From: Hemiscyllium ocellatum
Taxonomy: Eukaryota
Assembly: GCF_020745735.1 (NCBI RefSeq)
Contig: NC_083403.1
Span: 74,681,003 to 74,745,002 of the forward strand
DNA length: 64,000 nt
Reading direction: 5' to 3'
The stretch's first letter is position 1, and every line of letters starts with the position of its first letter. Positions 49,601-60,719 of the stretch are shown here, in pieces. A program made the translations under genes and the position numbers. Below the pieces are notes generated by a model, which saw nothing but the letters and a program-made list of their open reading frames with translations, ran no database searches and was not told where the DNA came from.

Positions 49601-52600
49601 GGAGCTTCTGAAATCACGTTCTATGGTAGTGGTGAATTTCCACTCACTGCGGGTTTCCTGTTTGCATTAGACATCTGTTTCTGACTTGTCATAATGGATG
49701 TTAAGGACTTTCATGTCTCTTGATAGCATCCTTGAATCAGAGCTTCAGACATCTTGCCCATCTCTTGGCATGGGCTATCTGCACAAGCAGTATTTCATAG
49801 AATCATAGAATCCCAACAATGTGGAAACAGGCTCTTCTGCCCAACAAGACCACACTGACTCTCTGAAGAGTGTCCCACCCAAACGCATTCCCCTACCCTA
49901 TTACTCTACATTTACCCTGACTAATGCACCTAACTTACACATCCCTGAACACAGTGGGCAGTTTAGTGTGACCAGTTCACCTAACCTACACACATCTTTA
50001 GATATCTTTGGGAATGCATCCATCATCCATCCTGTACATATGCCCAAGCCAGCCAAACCTTCTGTGCTTCATTAGCATGCTTAGAATTATTTGCTCTGAA
50101 AAGGATTACTTCATTGGTGGACTTGGTGATGCAGCAGTATGCTGAAAATGTGGGCCTTGTCGATGAGCATCTTAGTCCTGTGGGTCAGGGTTGTTGAATG
50201 ACTGACTGACTGTTTTTTGAGTTGGCAATAGTTGGTGGCTGATTTTCCATTGTAAATGCTGGGCTCTTCATTAATAGACAGGGTGTTTGTCACCGTAAAT
50301 CCAAGGCAACAGAATATCACTGACTATTCTCAGTGATGGGTTGTTCAGTCCGATCACACTTGGAGAGACAACATCATGTTCAATACTAGTTCCCTTAGTG
50401 CTTAGGGTGAGGGGTAAAAAGACACAGTAACAGGGCTGATTCTCTTTGGGCAACTGATGCAACATCACCCGTAGACAACATTCTCTGTTCAGAACATGCT
50501 ATCCTTTGTCTTGACATTCAGTCCTGGTAGATTGAGGAGTTTAAATGATATACAATGAAGGATTCCAGAGAATTGGTAAACTTATTGATTAGTAGAAGCT
50601 AGAAATCTTGATTGAAAGTTTTGTATATATCTCATTAATCAAAATGTAAAATATATTGCAGCATTAAATAATTTTCATCAAAAAGATTGGTAATAGTGAA
50701 TACTTAAAGAAAAAGTTTGGAGAATTAAAATAAGTGAATACTTAATTTGCTGCTATGATCCATTCTGTTTTAGCTTGCTGATGGTCGAAGGGAGTTAATC
50801 AACTTATACAGTGTGAAGAAGCGTCATTTCATTGGGAATACCAGTATGGATGCAGGTCTTGCGTTTCTAATGGCAAATCACGCAAAAGCAAGAGCTAATG
50901 ACTTGGTATTTGATCCATTTGTGGGAACAGGTAAAAAGATGGATTTAAGAGAAATCTTTAACAGTGCAAGCTTTATTCCATTTTTTTAACTGCTAAGTAT
51001 TTTATTTATTTTCCCATCATTGTTTAAAAAATTCTAAAGGCATGTTATGCAGGCAACACATAGATGCAATTTAAATAGGTGCTTGATTGTATGGACCTAA
51101 ATATTGCTGAACAGAGGGATGTGTTGCTTCCTTGAATAAAAGGGCAGTGTTGAACAGATTGTACCTGTACTCACTGGAGCTTAGAATAAGAGGTGATCAT
51201 ATTGAAGCATGTAAAATTCAGAGGGAGCGTGACTAGATAGATACTGAAAGAATTATTCTCCTCACAGAAATATCTAAAACAGGGCGGAAGGATACAATTT
51301 CAAATTAAGCCCTTTTATTCTGTCTTTCTCATCAGGACAAATGCAAGAATGCCAAATTTCAGATAATCATAACAATTTATAAGCTGGTTTAAAAAACACA
51401 AAGTCCTCCTTTGGGGATGTTCAATCTGTGTAAAAAGGACAAACAGAATGTGTCTGCTCAACCAATCAGGCTGAACAATCCTCATTGAGGCACACAGAGT
51501 CTAAATTGAGAATTTTAATTCAGTATCAAATTATGTACAGAGAGTCAAAGAAAAATAAAATTTACAGTGAACAGCGATAGAAAAAGTAACATTTTAATTT
51601 TGCAGATGCAAACAATCTTTATAATCTGAAGGAATGTGAATCCACACTTAGAAAAATTTGCTTTTCAGAGTAAAAAGATTGTTTGACAATAATTAAAACA
51701 TATTGTGATATTTAAAATTAGGTTAATGCTGAAAGGGACGAGGCCAGTCTATATTTGGCTTGTTTGCTGGGTAACTAGTATTGCAGATGTAAACCATGTA
51801 AATGCCTGGTCTTTGAGGCATTGGTATGGCAAAGCTTGTGGAGGAGCAGGGACAATTCATAGCAGGTTTCCCAATTTATTTTTAACTGTACCTATGTGCA
51901 CCTTGCAAGTTGCTGACTGACGTACTGTCGTGGCATGACCACCCATAAGGACAGAACATAAGCCTATAAGAAATGGGATTAGGTGTAGTCCATTTACTGC
52001 CCTGAATCTACTCTGCCATTTAATATTAATCATATTCTGACATGTTTATGGCTTTAAATTAATTTCCAGACTGCTGCTCTTAACTCACTTGTAGATCAAA
52101 AATTTGTCTAACTCAGCCTTGAATGTATTTAGTAACTATTGATTTGGTTTGAAAATTCCAAAGATTAGCAATCTTCTGAGAGAAGAAATTCCTCCTCACC
52201 TTCATCTTAAATGGGAGGCTGCTTAATTTGAAATTGTATCCTTCTGCCCTGTTTTAGATATTTCTGTGAGGAGAAGAATTCTTTCAGTATCTATCTAGTC
52301 ACACTCCCTCTGAATTTTACATGCTTCAATATGATCACCTCTTATTCTAAGCTCCAATGAGTACAGGTACAATCTGTTCAACACTGCCCTTTTATTCAAG
52401 GAAGCAATCTTGAGAGTCTTTTCTCAGCTGTTTCAGTTATTGACATCTTCAGGTAAGCTGGCCAAAACGAATGCACTATTCTAGATATCTTTCATCTTCA
52501 TAAAAGAAAAAATGCTATGGATGCTGAAAATTAGAAATAAAAATTAAACATCAGTTTATTAAATACCTCCCATAAAATGAAGAAATAAAATAAAGTTACG

Positions 52601-55600
52601 GGGGGCAGCACGGTGGCTAAGCAGTTAGCACTGCTGCCTCACAGCACCAGGGACCCAGGTTCAATTCCCGCCTCGGGCAACTGTTTGTGTGGAGTTTGCA
52701 CATTCTCCCCGTGTCTGTGTGGGTTTCCTCCGGGTGCTCCGGTTTCCTCCCACAATCCAACGATATGCAAGTTAGGGGAATTGACCATGCTAAATTGCCA
52801 GTAGTGTTAAGTGCATTAGTCAGGGGGGGATGGGTCTGGGTGGGTTGCTCTTGTTGGGCCGAAGGGCCTGTTTCCACACTGTAGGGAATCTAAACTAATC
52901 TAATCTAGTTTATTGATAATGTCAATGTTTAAGAAAACACTTATTGATTAAAACAAAAAGTTCAAAACATTGAAAGTCCTTTTGTTAATCGATTATGAAG
53001 ACTTACTTTCAACATTTATGGACCATTTTTGGTTTCATGCACTTTTTATGTAATTTATTTCCCTTGTAATCCAAAATGTAGGTCACCCTTCTAATGGCAC
53101 CCGACTTCCCACATAAATTCTAATAAAAGCAGGAAGTGCTGGACAGACTTGGCTAGTCTGAAAGCATTTTTGGAGAGAACAACAGAGTTACGTATCTAGT
53201 TGAGTATGACCTTCTATAGAACCCCCACATAAATTGTCTCAGGGCCATGTCACACGGGAGCCTCACTTCTCCAAACGGGTGCCCTGGCTATCCAAAATAA
53301 ATCCACTGAAACGGATCTCCTCTTACCCGGTTTGCACTTTTCACTCACTGGTGAGTACAGCCACAAATGGAGGCAGCTGACTGGTTGAATGGTAAACTGC
53401 TTTCTTCATCAGATAGGAGTATTTGCAAACTTAGCTGCCATGAAAATCAGAAGTAACACATGCAATGATGGTATTTGTGATTCCCAGGTAATTTTGTCAT
53501 TTCTGCTATATCGAAGTGGCTCTAAGTCAAATAGATCTGTTTTCAAATATCAGAACAGTGGAAAATTGATTTCAGTGTCTGCTTTTCAACTAATTCTTGA
53601 TGGGGATAGTGGATGGAACATTCATGTCTCCTATAAAAGACCCTGTTTGAGGTGAGGCAAACTCCCTTCAGGGCTTCAGGTAGCAAAGGAATATGGTGTT
53701 AAGGATTATTAGATGAGGCATGATCTCAATGAATGGCAGAGCAGACTTGCTAGGCTGAATGGCCTACTTCCACTTCTGTGTCTTATTGTCCTCATATGTT
53801 CTATCTCTAAATCCTTCTCAGTGTTAATGGGTAGTCCTGATAGAGTTTCACTTTGACATGGCTGCTTTTGTTTTTGTTTTTCCTAGGTAGTCTTCTTGTA
53901 GCTTGTGCCCATTTTGGTGCCTACGTATGTGGAACAGACATTGACTACAACATTATTCATGGGCGTGGTAAGTAACCAGGCATGAAAAGCAGCAAGTCTT
54001 TTCAAAACATTTTGCATTGTTTAAAAAGGAATATGAGTTTCTTAAAATAAGCAGGAGTAGGTTTATTTCTGGCACTTTATCAAGGAAACTGATGTTCATT
54101 TGAAAAAGGAAGTTGTTTATAAACTTGAATGGGTTAATTTTGGACTTCGGTTTGAGGTACTCTGCAAGGAAACATTCTTCATTTGTGCAGCAGTATTAAA
54201 GTTTGATTAAAAGTTCCAAAGAAATTCACAAAAGAAAATTAAAAAGTTCAATGGACACCAGGCTCTGGAAAGAGAGATCTGAGTGAATGTTTGAAAGATT
54301 TGGTTCAGTTGTACCATTCTTGTCATTGATTTAAAGTTTTGAAGGATGTAAACCTTTCCAATGGCTGAATTTACAGAAGGGTAGAATAGTTTTTTTAAAA
54401 TGCTTAACCACTTGCACTCAAATAGATTTGTTGGTTGATCATCTGATTTCTCAATATGCTGTGTGCAGACTTATCCTAAATTCAAGTCTGTATTTAGCTT
54501 AAGGGTGTTTGGCACATCTGAGTACTAGAAAGGTGCTGTATAAATGCAAGGTATTTTCTGATTTAAGAGGGGAAAGAAATTGGGAGATGATGTGTTTCAG
54601 GTCAGCAGAATTTGAGTATGAGATGAGGGCAGTGGAAAGCTTTATGTTGCAGTAAAGTGAAGGATGACATGGAATGTCAATATTTAGAAGACCATAGGAT
54701 ATATTGATGTGATGTAATGATGTACCGATTTCAAAGATAGTGTAGGGAAGTGTGGTGCAGGGCTCTGAGGATCAGCTGATGTTTAGTGTATTGGGAAGAT
54801 GGAGGATCCAGTTGGTTTGGTCACAGTAAAACTTGAATGAGCAAGCAAGAAAAGCTGAAGATGCTTGGAAAAGGCAGCAGGTTTGGCAGCATCTATTTAA
54901 AATTGCACAGAATTAACATTTCAAGTCCAGCATGACTCTTGAGATAGATATGTGATGGGTTTTATGATGTTGAAAAAGTGGAGATAGGTCAGGCAGAAAA
55001 AAATAACAAAGGCCAGGGATATGTTAGAGGCCAAAAGAGATTAATAGTTAAAATGTCTTTAAACTGTAGGGTGTGATAAAGAAACTAAGCATTGCTCCAA
55101 ACTGTTAATAGGACGACTATGTGTAAAAGGCAAAAACATGAAGAAAAAGATCCATAGTACAGTACTTGGCAGGAAAAATGCAAAATTGAGGGGCGAGTTA
55201 ATGGTCTGAAGTTGTTGAACACCTTGCTGAGTCTAGGATGCTGTCAAGCACCTAATTGGAGGATTAGACACTGTTTCTCAGACTTGTGTGGGGCTTCACT
55301 AGAACATTGTGGCAGACTGAGCGCAGAAGTGTGCACATGATGCTATTAGCATCTTTCCAACACTCTGTATTTTAATTTCAGGTTTTCAGTGTCCATATTT
55401 CAGGATATAGGCAATAATGTTTTGTACAAGAATATATGTACATTGACAGGGGGATGTTGTTACACAAAGTAAAATAGGTTCTGTCAGTGATGAATGGCAC
55501 TGTGGGGGGGGCGGCCGGTGGAGTCATTGTAAGAACAAAGAGCAAAAAACAAATATCAAAGAAAGTGCAGTGCCCCTGAAAGGAGTATAAGATAAAGAAG

Positions 55601-58600
55601 TGGAAATAGAAGCATTAGTAAATAAATTCTGAGGATTGTGGATGCGGAATAAAGAGCTGAAAAGAATCAATCAGATAAAATCAATTTTCCATCTTTTAGT
55701 TACACAGTAAATGTGGTGTGCTTTCTATTAAAGTTTATTTTGATTACTATGAAATGATGGGCATTGTATATTTCTGCAGGTAAGGCCAGCAGGAAAAACC
55801 AGAAATGGAGAGGACCAGATGAGAACATCCGCGCTAACCTTCGCCAGTATGGCTTGGAGGGCTTCTATGTTGATGTGCTTGTTTCTGATGCCTCAAAAAA
55901 TATATGGAGGAGAGGGAAGTTGTTTGATGCAATCATCACAGATCGTAAGTTGATGTTCCATTATATTTAGAGGTAGAAGAGGCTGGGCAACATATTTTGC
56001 ATTGTTTACTGCAGGCAGTAATTTAGGAAGAGATTTAGTTGCAGGTCAGCAATGCTCAATAATGTTGCTCAATCTCGAGTTGGATTTTGGTTCAGAGTTT
56101 CTCTGCAGAGTGTTGTAGGATTCCATCTTCTGACCTGGTATTGGATAAGAATAGTGAGTAGCATACAACAGGGTGGAGAAGTTTTTGGTTGAGTTGGGAG
56201 CAGTGAGGAGAGCATACCTGTTGGATATCCATTGGGAGATGTGCAAATAGGTTTGGTGAATAAACTTTAGACATTGTATTCGTGTTTTGTAGGCAGACCA
56301 TTCATCACCATCTCATCACATAACACTTTACAACTAATTAAACACGTTAGAGTGTGGTTGCTTTTCTAATGCACCTGATAACTCTACATAATTCTTTCAC
56401 TGTAATTCTTCATACAAGTTTGTTTATCTTTTCAAAAGAGGCTGGGTACATTTGCTTGCTCTCCTTGGTGGTGAATGAATTATAATATAATTTGGGTCAA
56501 TACCAAAAGCAAAAATTTGAGTGTTTCTGAGACATGTTTTTTTCCTCCGGAGCCAGTTTTAAAATTTCCCCTCACTGACTAATTTGCATTTTAAACCATG
56601 GTTATGTTGTGTTTAAACTTTTATACTGATACTTTTTGAAAAAGCCTTCAGCTATGCCCAGATGTCACTCCATGATTACATTCTTTTGGTAAAATGACTC
56701 AATAATCAAGTATAAAACGAAGCAACGAGTGTGACAATTTACTGTTTTCTTTTTGTCGAACCTTTTCCTTATATTGGCAAATATTGTTTTTTTTCCAGCT
56801 CCATACGGCATAAGGGAATCCACAAGAAAAACAGGATCACAGAAAGAAGTTTTAAAACCAACAGAGGAATAGTAAGTACTCATTCGATTTGAGCGATTAG
56901 CCCATGGTTAAAAACTGTTAATACTAACATAATAATGTTTTAGGTGCCTACTACAACAGCAGAGTGCTTCCAGAGGAACTACAGTGGATGCACGAGGTTG
57001 GTACAGACGGACAAGTGTGGTACACCATGACAGTAGATCATGACAGGAATAGCTATAAGCATCAGCATTATAGAACTAAAGGTTTGAAAATATTTGTAGA
57101 TTATTTTATGAAGTCATTCGCACCTTATGTGAAAAAGTGTTCACATTAAAATATTTTGCTAGCAGCCTTGTGGAGACTTAACAGTTTGGTTTATTTCTTC
57201 CTTTAGCTGTTGTCTGATCATGCTGTTAAATGCTTCCTTTGCTTGACTGATGCAGACAATTTGAGTTGGTCCAGGAGCTGATTGAGACCCCCTGGTTGTG
57301 GTATTAATTGTTCCAGTAATTAGTAGTGTGCTTCTTGGAATAACCTGATACACACAGACACAAACAACAGTATGTCAAAATGCTCCAGCTTGGGTGCAGG
57401 GCTCATCAATTAAAGCATGGAGTATCAAAAAAGGGGAGGTTCAAAATGTGCATCTCTGGCCTGCTGTGTTCTTTTTTGACATAGCTTCTTAATATTGCAA
57501 TTTTTATCCAGACAAAGATTGGAGAAGAGGAGGTTGAGTGAGTACTTTGAACAGAGAGCTCTCTTCCCAGATAGTCTTCCATATTTAACTACTCGGTAAC
57601 CTGAATACATTCTGACTTGTGAATGAGATATAGAGGGGAAATTTAATCCTTTCCTCTGCAGAAACTGAGATGAAAGGGATTTAAAATCCTCCGAGTACTT
57701 AGTGCTCATTTCCACTTGCTTTACTATATTATTATTGCTATTCTCTTGGACATTTGAAGCATCTATTTGATGAGGGCAGGTGCTTTGTTAGAGTCCTATA
57801 GATAGATAAGGTATTTATGTTACTTTAATTGTGCAGACCCACTATAGAACCAAATGGAACAGAGTGTTACTTTAGGCATTACCGAGGAAGTTTGGATCAC
57901 TCCCATCCTTCGCTTGCCCTCCCTTCCCAACACTTCTTGGAATTGGCCTGACCAATGGCCTCTGGGCTACCAATGCTTGCATTTTTAAATGCTGCTTACA
58001 TGTATAGACTGCCTCTGAATGCCCGGTAGGGGTGACCAGCTGGATGACTGGATGTTAAATGAGGCCTGGATAAGAAAAAAGATGGGGCTGTCCTCTGACT
58101 CTGTGTCTTGCTGGCCTTCTTTGCAGTTTTGTGCTGCGAGGTCAAGTTCAATCACTAGATGGCACTGTTTACCTCTGGCTATAGTCTTACTTCTGAACTA
58201 ATTAAAATACAGACTCAAATAATTTCTATTGGTTAAAAATAAGTCTAGGGAGATGGTAAGATACTATAATCTCTTTTCACATTATTACTTTCATTTTTGA
58301 AGTAATGGGTAAAATGTTTACCTCACAATACTGATGAAATTGCTGAAGATTTATTTAAAAATGATTTAGCATCTTTAAATTGATGATCACAGTATCTGAT
58401 TACTGGAAAATAGAAATCAGTAAACCAATAGAATGCTGAACTGTACCAGAAGATTAAGCACACTACTCAAACTGTGAACTGCAAGCCAAAGTAGTGAACA
58501 CATGGAAACAGGAAGCTCTGTGAGAGATCAGAACATATTTCTGGTAGACTAGTAAATGTGAGAACTCTGGAATTAAGAAACAATTAGATGCCTCATCAGG

Positions 58601-60380
58601 AAAGAAAAGGATTATTCTGAATGAATGTCTACGAGGCACTGAATGACCTTCACACTGATGTTTATCTTGTAAATGACTCTCTTGCTAATAGAAACCATTA
58701 ATTTTGTATTCCTCAGGACTACCATTCTTCACTTTGATCAGTCTGTTCATTTCCCCACCCCCCCCGCCCCAAAGAAAATTGGAAATGATTGCCAGATGAT
58801 CTTAATTTAAACATCCTGTTCAAGTTTCTGTTATTTCATTGCATTCATAATTTGTTTTCAGCCTGATCTACAAACCATTATCTTGTCGTTTTTTATAATA
58901 CATATATTAAAACATGCATTTTCTTAGTGTCTGTAGAGTACAATAAAATATTCATTCTTTAAATTGCAATTAAATTCAGAAGCCACAAAATGTGAGCTAT
59001 GTTAAAACTATAATAAGACTCTAAGTTCATTGTAAGAAGGTAAAACGTTTCTTAGATTTTATAACGTTCTCAAGTTGTTAACTTGATATTGTTTGGATAT
59101 TGCATCATTATTGCAATCTTTTGTTCTTTTGAAGTTAATGTTCAATGTTGACCTGTTGAACATTATTAATAACACTATTATGCTCCCTGTGATTATATGG
59201 ATGAATGGTTGTTATTTAGAAATTAATTTTATAGAACAAAAAGTTAAGTCTTCACTACAATTAATGGAAGATAGATTGAAAATTAGCTGAATATTGGCAA
59301 AATCATTAATGGCCCATTGATCTCTAGTTAGCATTGATTTAAAGATTCTGACCCCTTCTAAAAGTTGATCCTACACACACAGTGGAAAGCTGCGAGTCTT
59401 CCCTTTTTGATTGTTAATATTACCTAAAAAATAACTTGGGCAGCAGTCTACTGCTTTACAGTTAAATTGAATATGAGTAGTTTACTACAATTTCGAACAG
59501 CATTGAGTGTAATGAGGGGGATAGATTTTTAAATTTCGTCGTACTAATTTAAAATGAATATGAACTGTAGAAAAATTTTTGGCAGTGGATGTTGGTGAAG
59601 TGCCCATTTGGTGGGTCAGTTACAAGAGAGGATGCCAGAAGAATTCAAAGGGTTTAGGTGACATGTGATTCACAACAGGCATTACACTAGGCATTAGTGC
59701 ATTTCACTTCGGATATTAGTAAAAACTGAAACCATCCACTCTTGATCCCACAAATACCAATATGACTCCAGCTTCAACTCTGTCAACCTCCCAGGTTGTC
59801 ACCTGGGGTTAACCTCTGATGTATAGAACTTTACTACCAGCTTAACCTTGTGCTTTGCTTTCACCACTGCATTTTCGCTAAGACTGCGTTCTTTCACCCT
59901 TGACATTTGAACTGTGTTAGTACTTGTGAAGTGTTAAAGGATAATTTTCACAGTTACATTTGTGCTTTAGTTGTTCTTTTACCATTTAAAAAAAACATTT
60001 TTAGGATTGCATACTTGAAAACTGTCAGTTCTGTTAATTGTTTATGAACCAGAGAATTAAGGCAAAGTTTTATATTTGCCCACCTGGTCGTGAAGATTTT
60101 AAACTAGCTTCATCAACCTGCTTTACGAGCATGGGAGAAACTTTGTGGTGTTCAAGATCTAAGTAATAAGTTAAAGATATTCGCATTGTAAAAAAAAGAC
60201 TTATCTGCCATCTGAAGAATGATTGTGTTTGATTTTATTACCTTTCAGCACGGAAAGTCACGTCCCAGTCTCCATGAGTTATCACTTGAGTGACATTTTC
60301 ATTGATCTGCTGAACTTGGCTGCAGAAAACCTGGTCATGAATGGTCGTCTGGTTTACTGGTTACCTGTGCATAAACTTGA
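31457..60380 (+). CDS. TRMT11: tRNA (guanine(10)-N2)-methyltransferase TRMT11, exons 1-11 (3' end beyond window); join(31457..31534,33992..34057,37615..37688,43355..43436,43532..43624,48227..48361,50774..50930,53887..53967,55780..55944,56799..56871,60249..60380)
   Basis: Eleven GT-AG exons join in one open frame (1136 nt). Contains [20 protein letters not shown] motif DPFVGTG, the DPPYG motif across exons 9/10, and GRLVYWLP. Confidence 0.96.
33992..34057 (+). CDS. TRMT11: TRMT11 exon 2
   Basis: ttgttacag| [22 protein letters not shown] |gtatgg. Confidence 0.9.
36278..36815 (-). mobile_element. CR1/HER1-type LINE 3' fragment
   Basis: [29 protein letters not shown] on the - strand, with the same tail. 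Confidence 0.88.
37615..37688 (+). CDS. TRMT11: TRMT11 exon 3
   Basis: ttttcag| [24 protein letters not shown](K) |gtaggt. Confidence 0.92.
40595..40945 (+). mobile_element. HE1-like SINE inserted in a LINE RT fragment
   Basis: SINE head, core and tail; the LINE sequence resumes after about 40955. Confidence 0.8.
41650..42680 (+). mobile_element. Degraded CR1 fragments (nested)
   Basis: [19 protein letters not shown] and a nested HER1-type tail. Confidence 0.75.
42988..43031. repeat. Perfect 18-bp inverted repeat with an 8-nt loop
   Basis: tttgtatataaccaatgg-cccatttt-ccattggttatatacaaa. Confidence 0.92.
43355..43436 (+). CDS. TRMT11: TRMT11 exon 4
   Basis: tttgcag| [27 protein letters not shown] |gtgtgt. 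Confidence 0.92.
43532..43624 (+). CDS. TRMT11: TRMT11 exon 5
   Basis: Follows a 95-nt intron; [31 protein letters not shown] |gtatgt. Confidence 0.92.
44255..44610 (-). mobile_element. HE1-like SINE
   Basis: Reverse complement of SINE head, core and tail. Confidence 0.8.
44697..45470 (-). mobile_element. CR1-type 3' fragment with a short Penelope-type tail inserted (about 44898-44982)
   Basis: [24 protein letters not shown] on the - strand. Confidence 0.78.
45940..46472 (+). mobile_element. CR1/HER1-type 3' fragment
   Basis: ctggagagggttcagaagaga.. through to the tail gaagggtctgtttctatgctgtatgact. Confidence 0.78.
48227..48361 (+). CDS. TRMT11: TRMT11 exon 6
   Basis: tttacag| [45 protein letters not shown] |gtgaga. 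Confidence 0.94.
50020..50550 (-). mobile_element. Possible RTE-type LINE remnant
   Basis: Decayed RT-like text on the - strand (FADDA-like region, YCLGF-like, C-terminal RRLRWLGH-like segment); weak. Confidence 0.4.
50774..50930 (+). CDS. TRMT11: TRMT11 exon 7
   Basis: ttttag| [52 protein letters not shown] |gtaaaa. Confidence 0.95.
51124..52407. repeat. 187-bp inverted duplication (51124-51310 / 52221-52407), 4 mismatches
   Basis: Base-by-base comparison of the two arms. Confidence 0.92.
52600..52907 (+). mobile_element. HE1-like SINE
   Basis: A and B boxes, core, tail gggccgaagggcctgtttccacactgta. Confidence 0.88.
53887..53967 (+). CDS. TRMT11: TRMT11 exon 8
   Basis: ttcctag| (G)[26 protein letters not shown] |gtaagt. 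Confidence 0.95.
55780..55944 (+). CDS. TRMT11: TRMT11 exon 9
   Basis: ttctgcag| (G)[54 protein letters not shown] |gtaagt. Confidence 0.95.
56799..56871 (+). CDS. TRMT11: TRMT11 exon 10
   Basis: ttttccag| (P)[23 protein letters not shown] |gtaagt. Confidence 0.93.
60249..60380 (+). CDS. TRMT11: TRMT11 exon 11
   Basis: ctttcag| (Y)[43 protein letters not shown] |gtaagt. Confidence 0.94.
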
Positions 60381-60719
60381 GTAAGTGTTTATTTTTATAT
60401 TTCAGGATAATATATCTTCTTACTTTAGAGCTTTACAATAGCCTGTGATTTAAAAAATCTGTCTTTTTCGTATCTGTCCTAAATGTGGATTCGGTTGGCT
60501 AGGCCAGGATTCATTGCTCATATTTAACTGGGAGATGGTAGTGAGTTGCTACAGTAATTTGGGAAGATGCTACAAATTAAAGAGTAGAGGCAAGGCAAGA
60601 GAGAAAGTTGTTAATAATGGAAATGTTAAACAAACCATGACTGGAAGGAATAAAGAATACAAATCCAAGACTAAATCGATAGTTAAGGCTAAGGATACAA
60701 AAAAGAATTAAATGCTAGA

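Noticed and set aside
56900-60200. Short ORFs and possible nested ncRNA in TRMT11 intron 10
   Set aside because: No recognisable domain, snoRNA box arrangement or strong structure could be supported by eye; an Rfam/Infernal scan would be needed.
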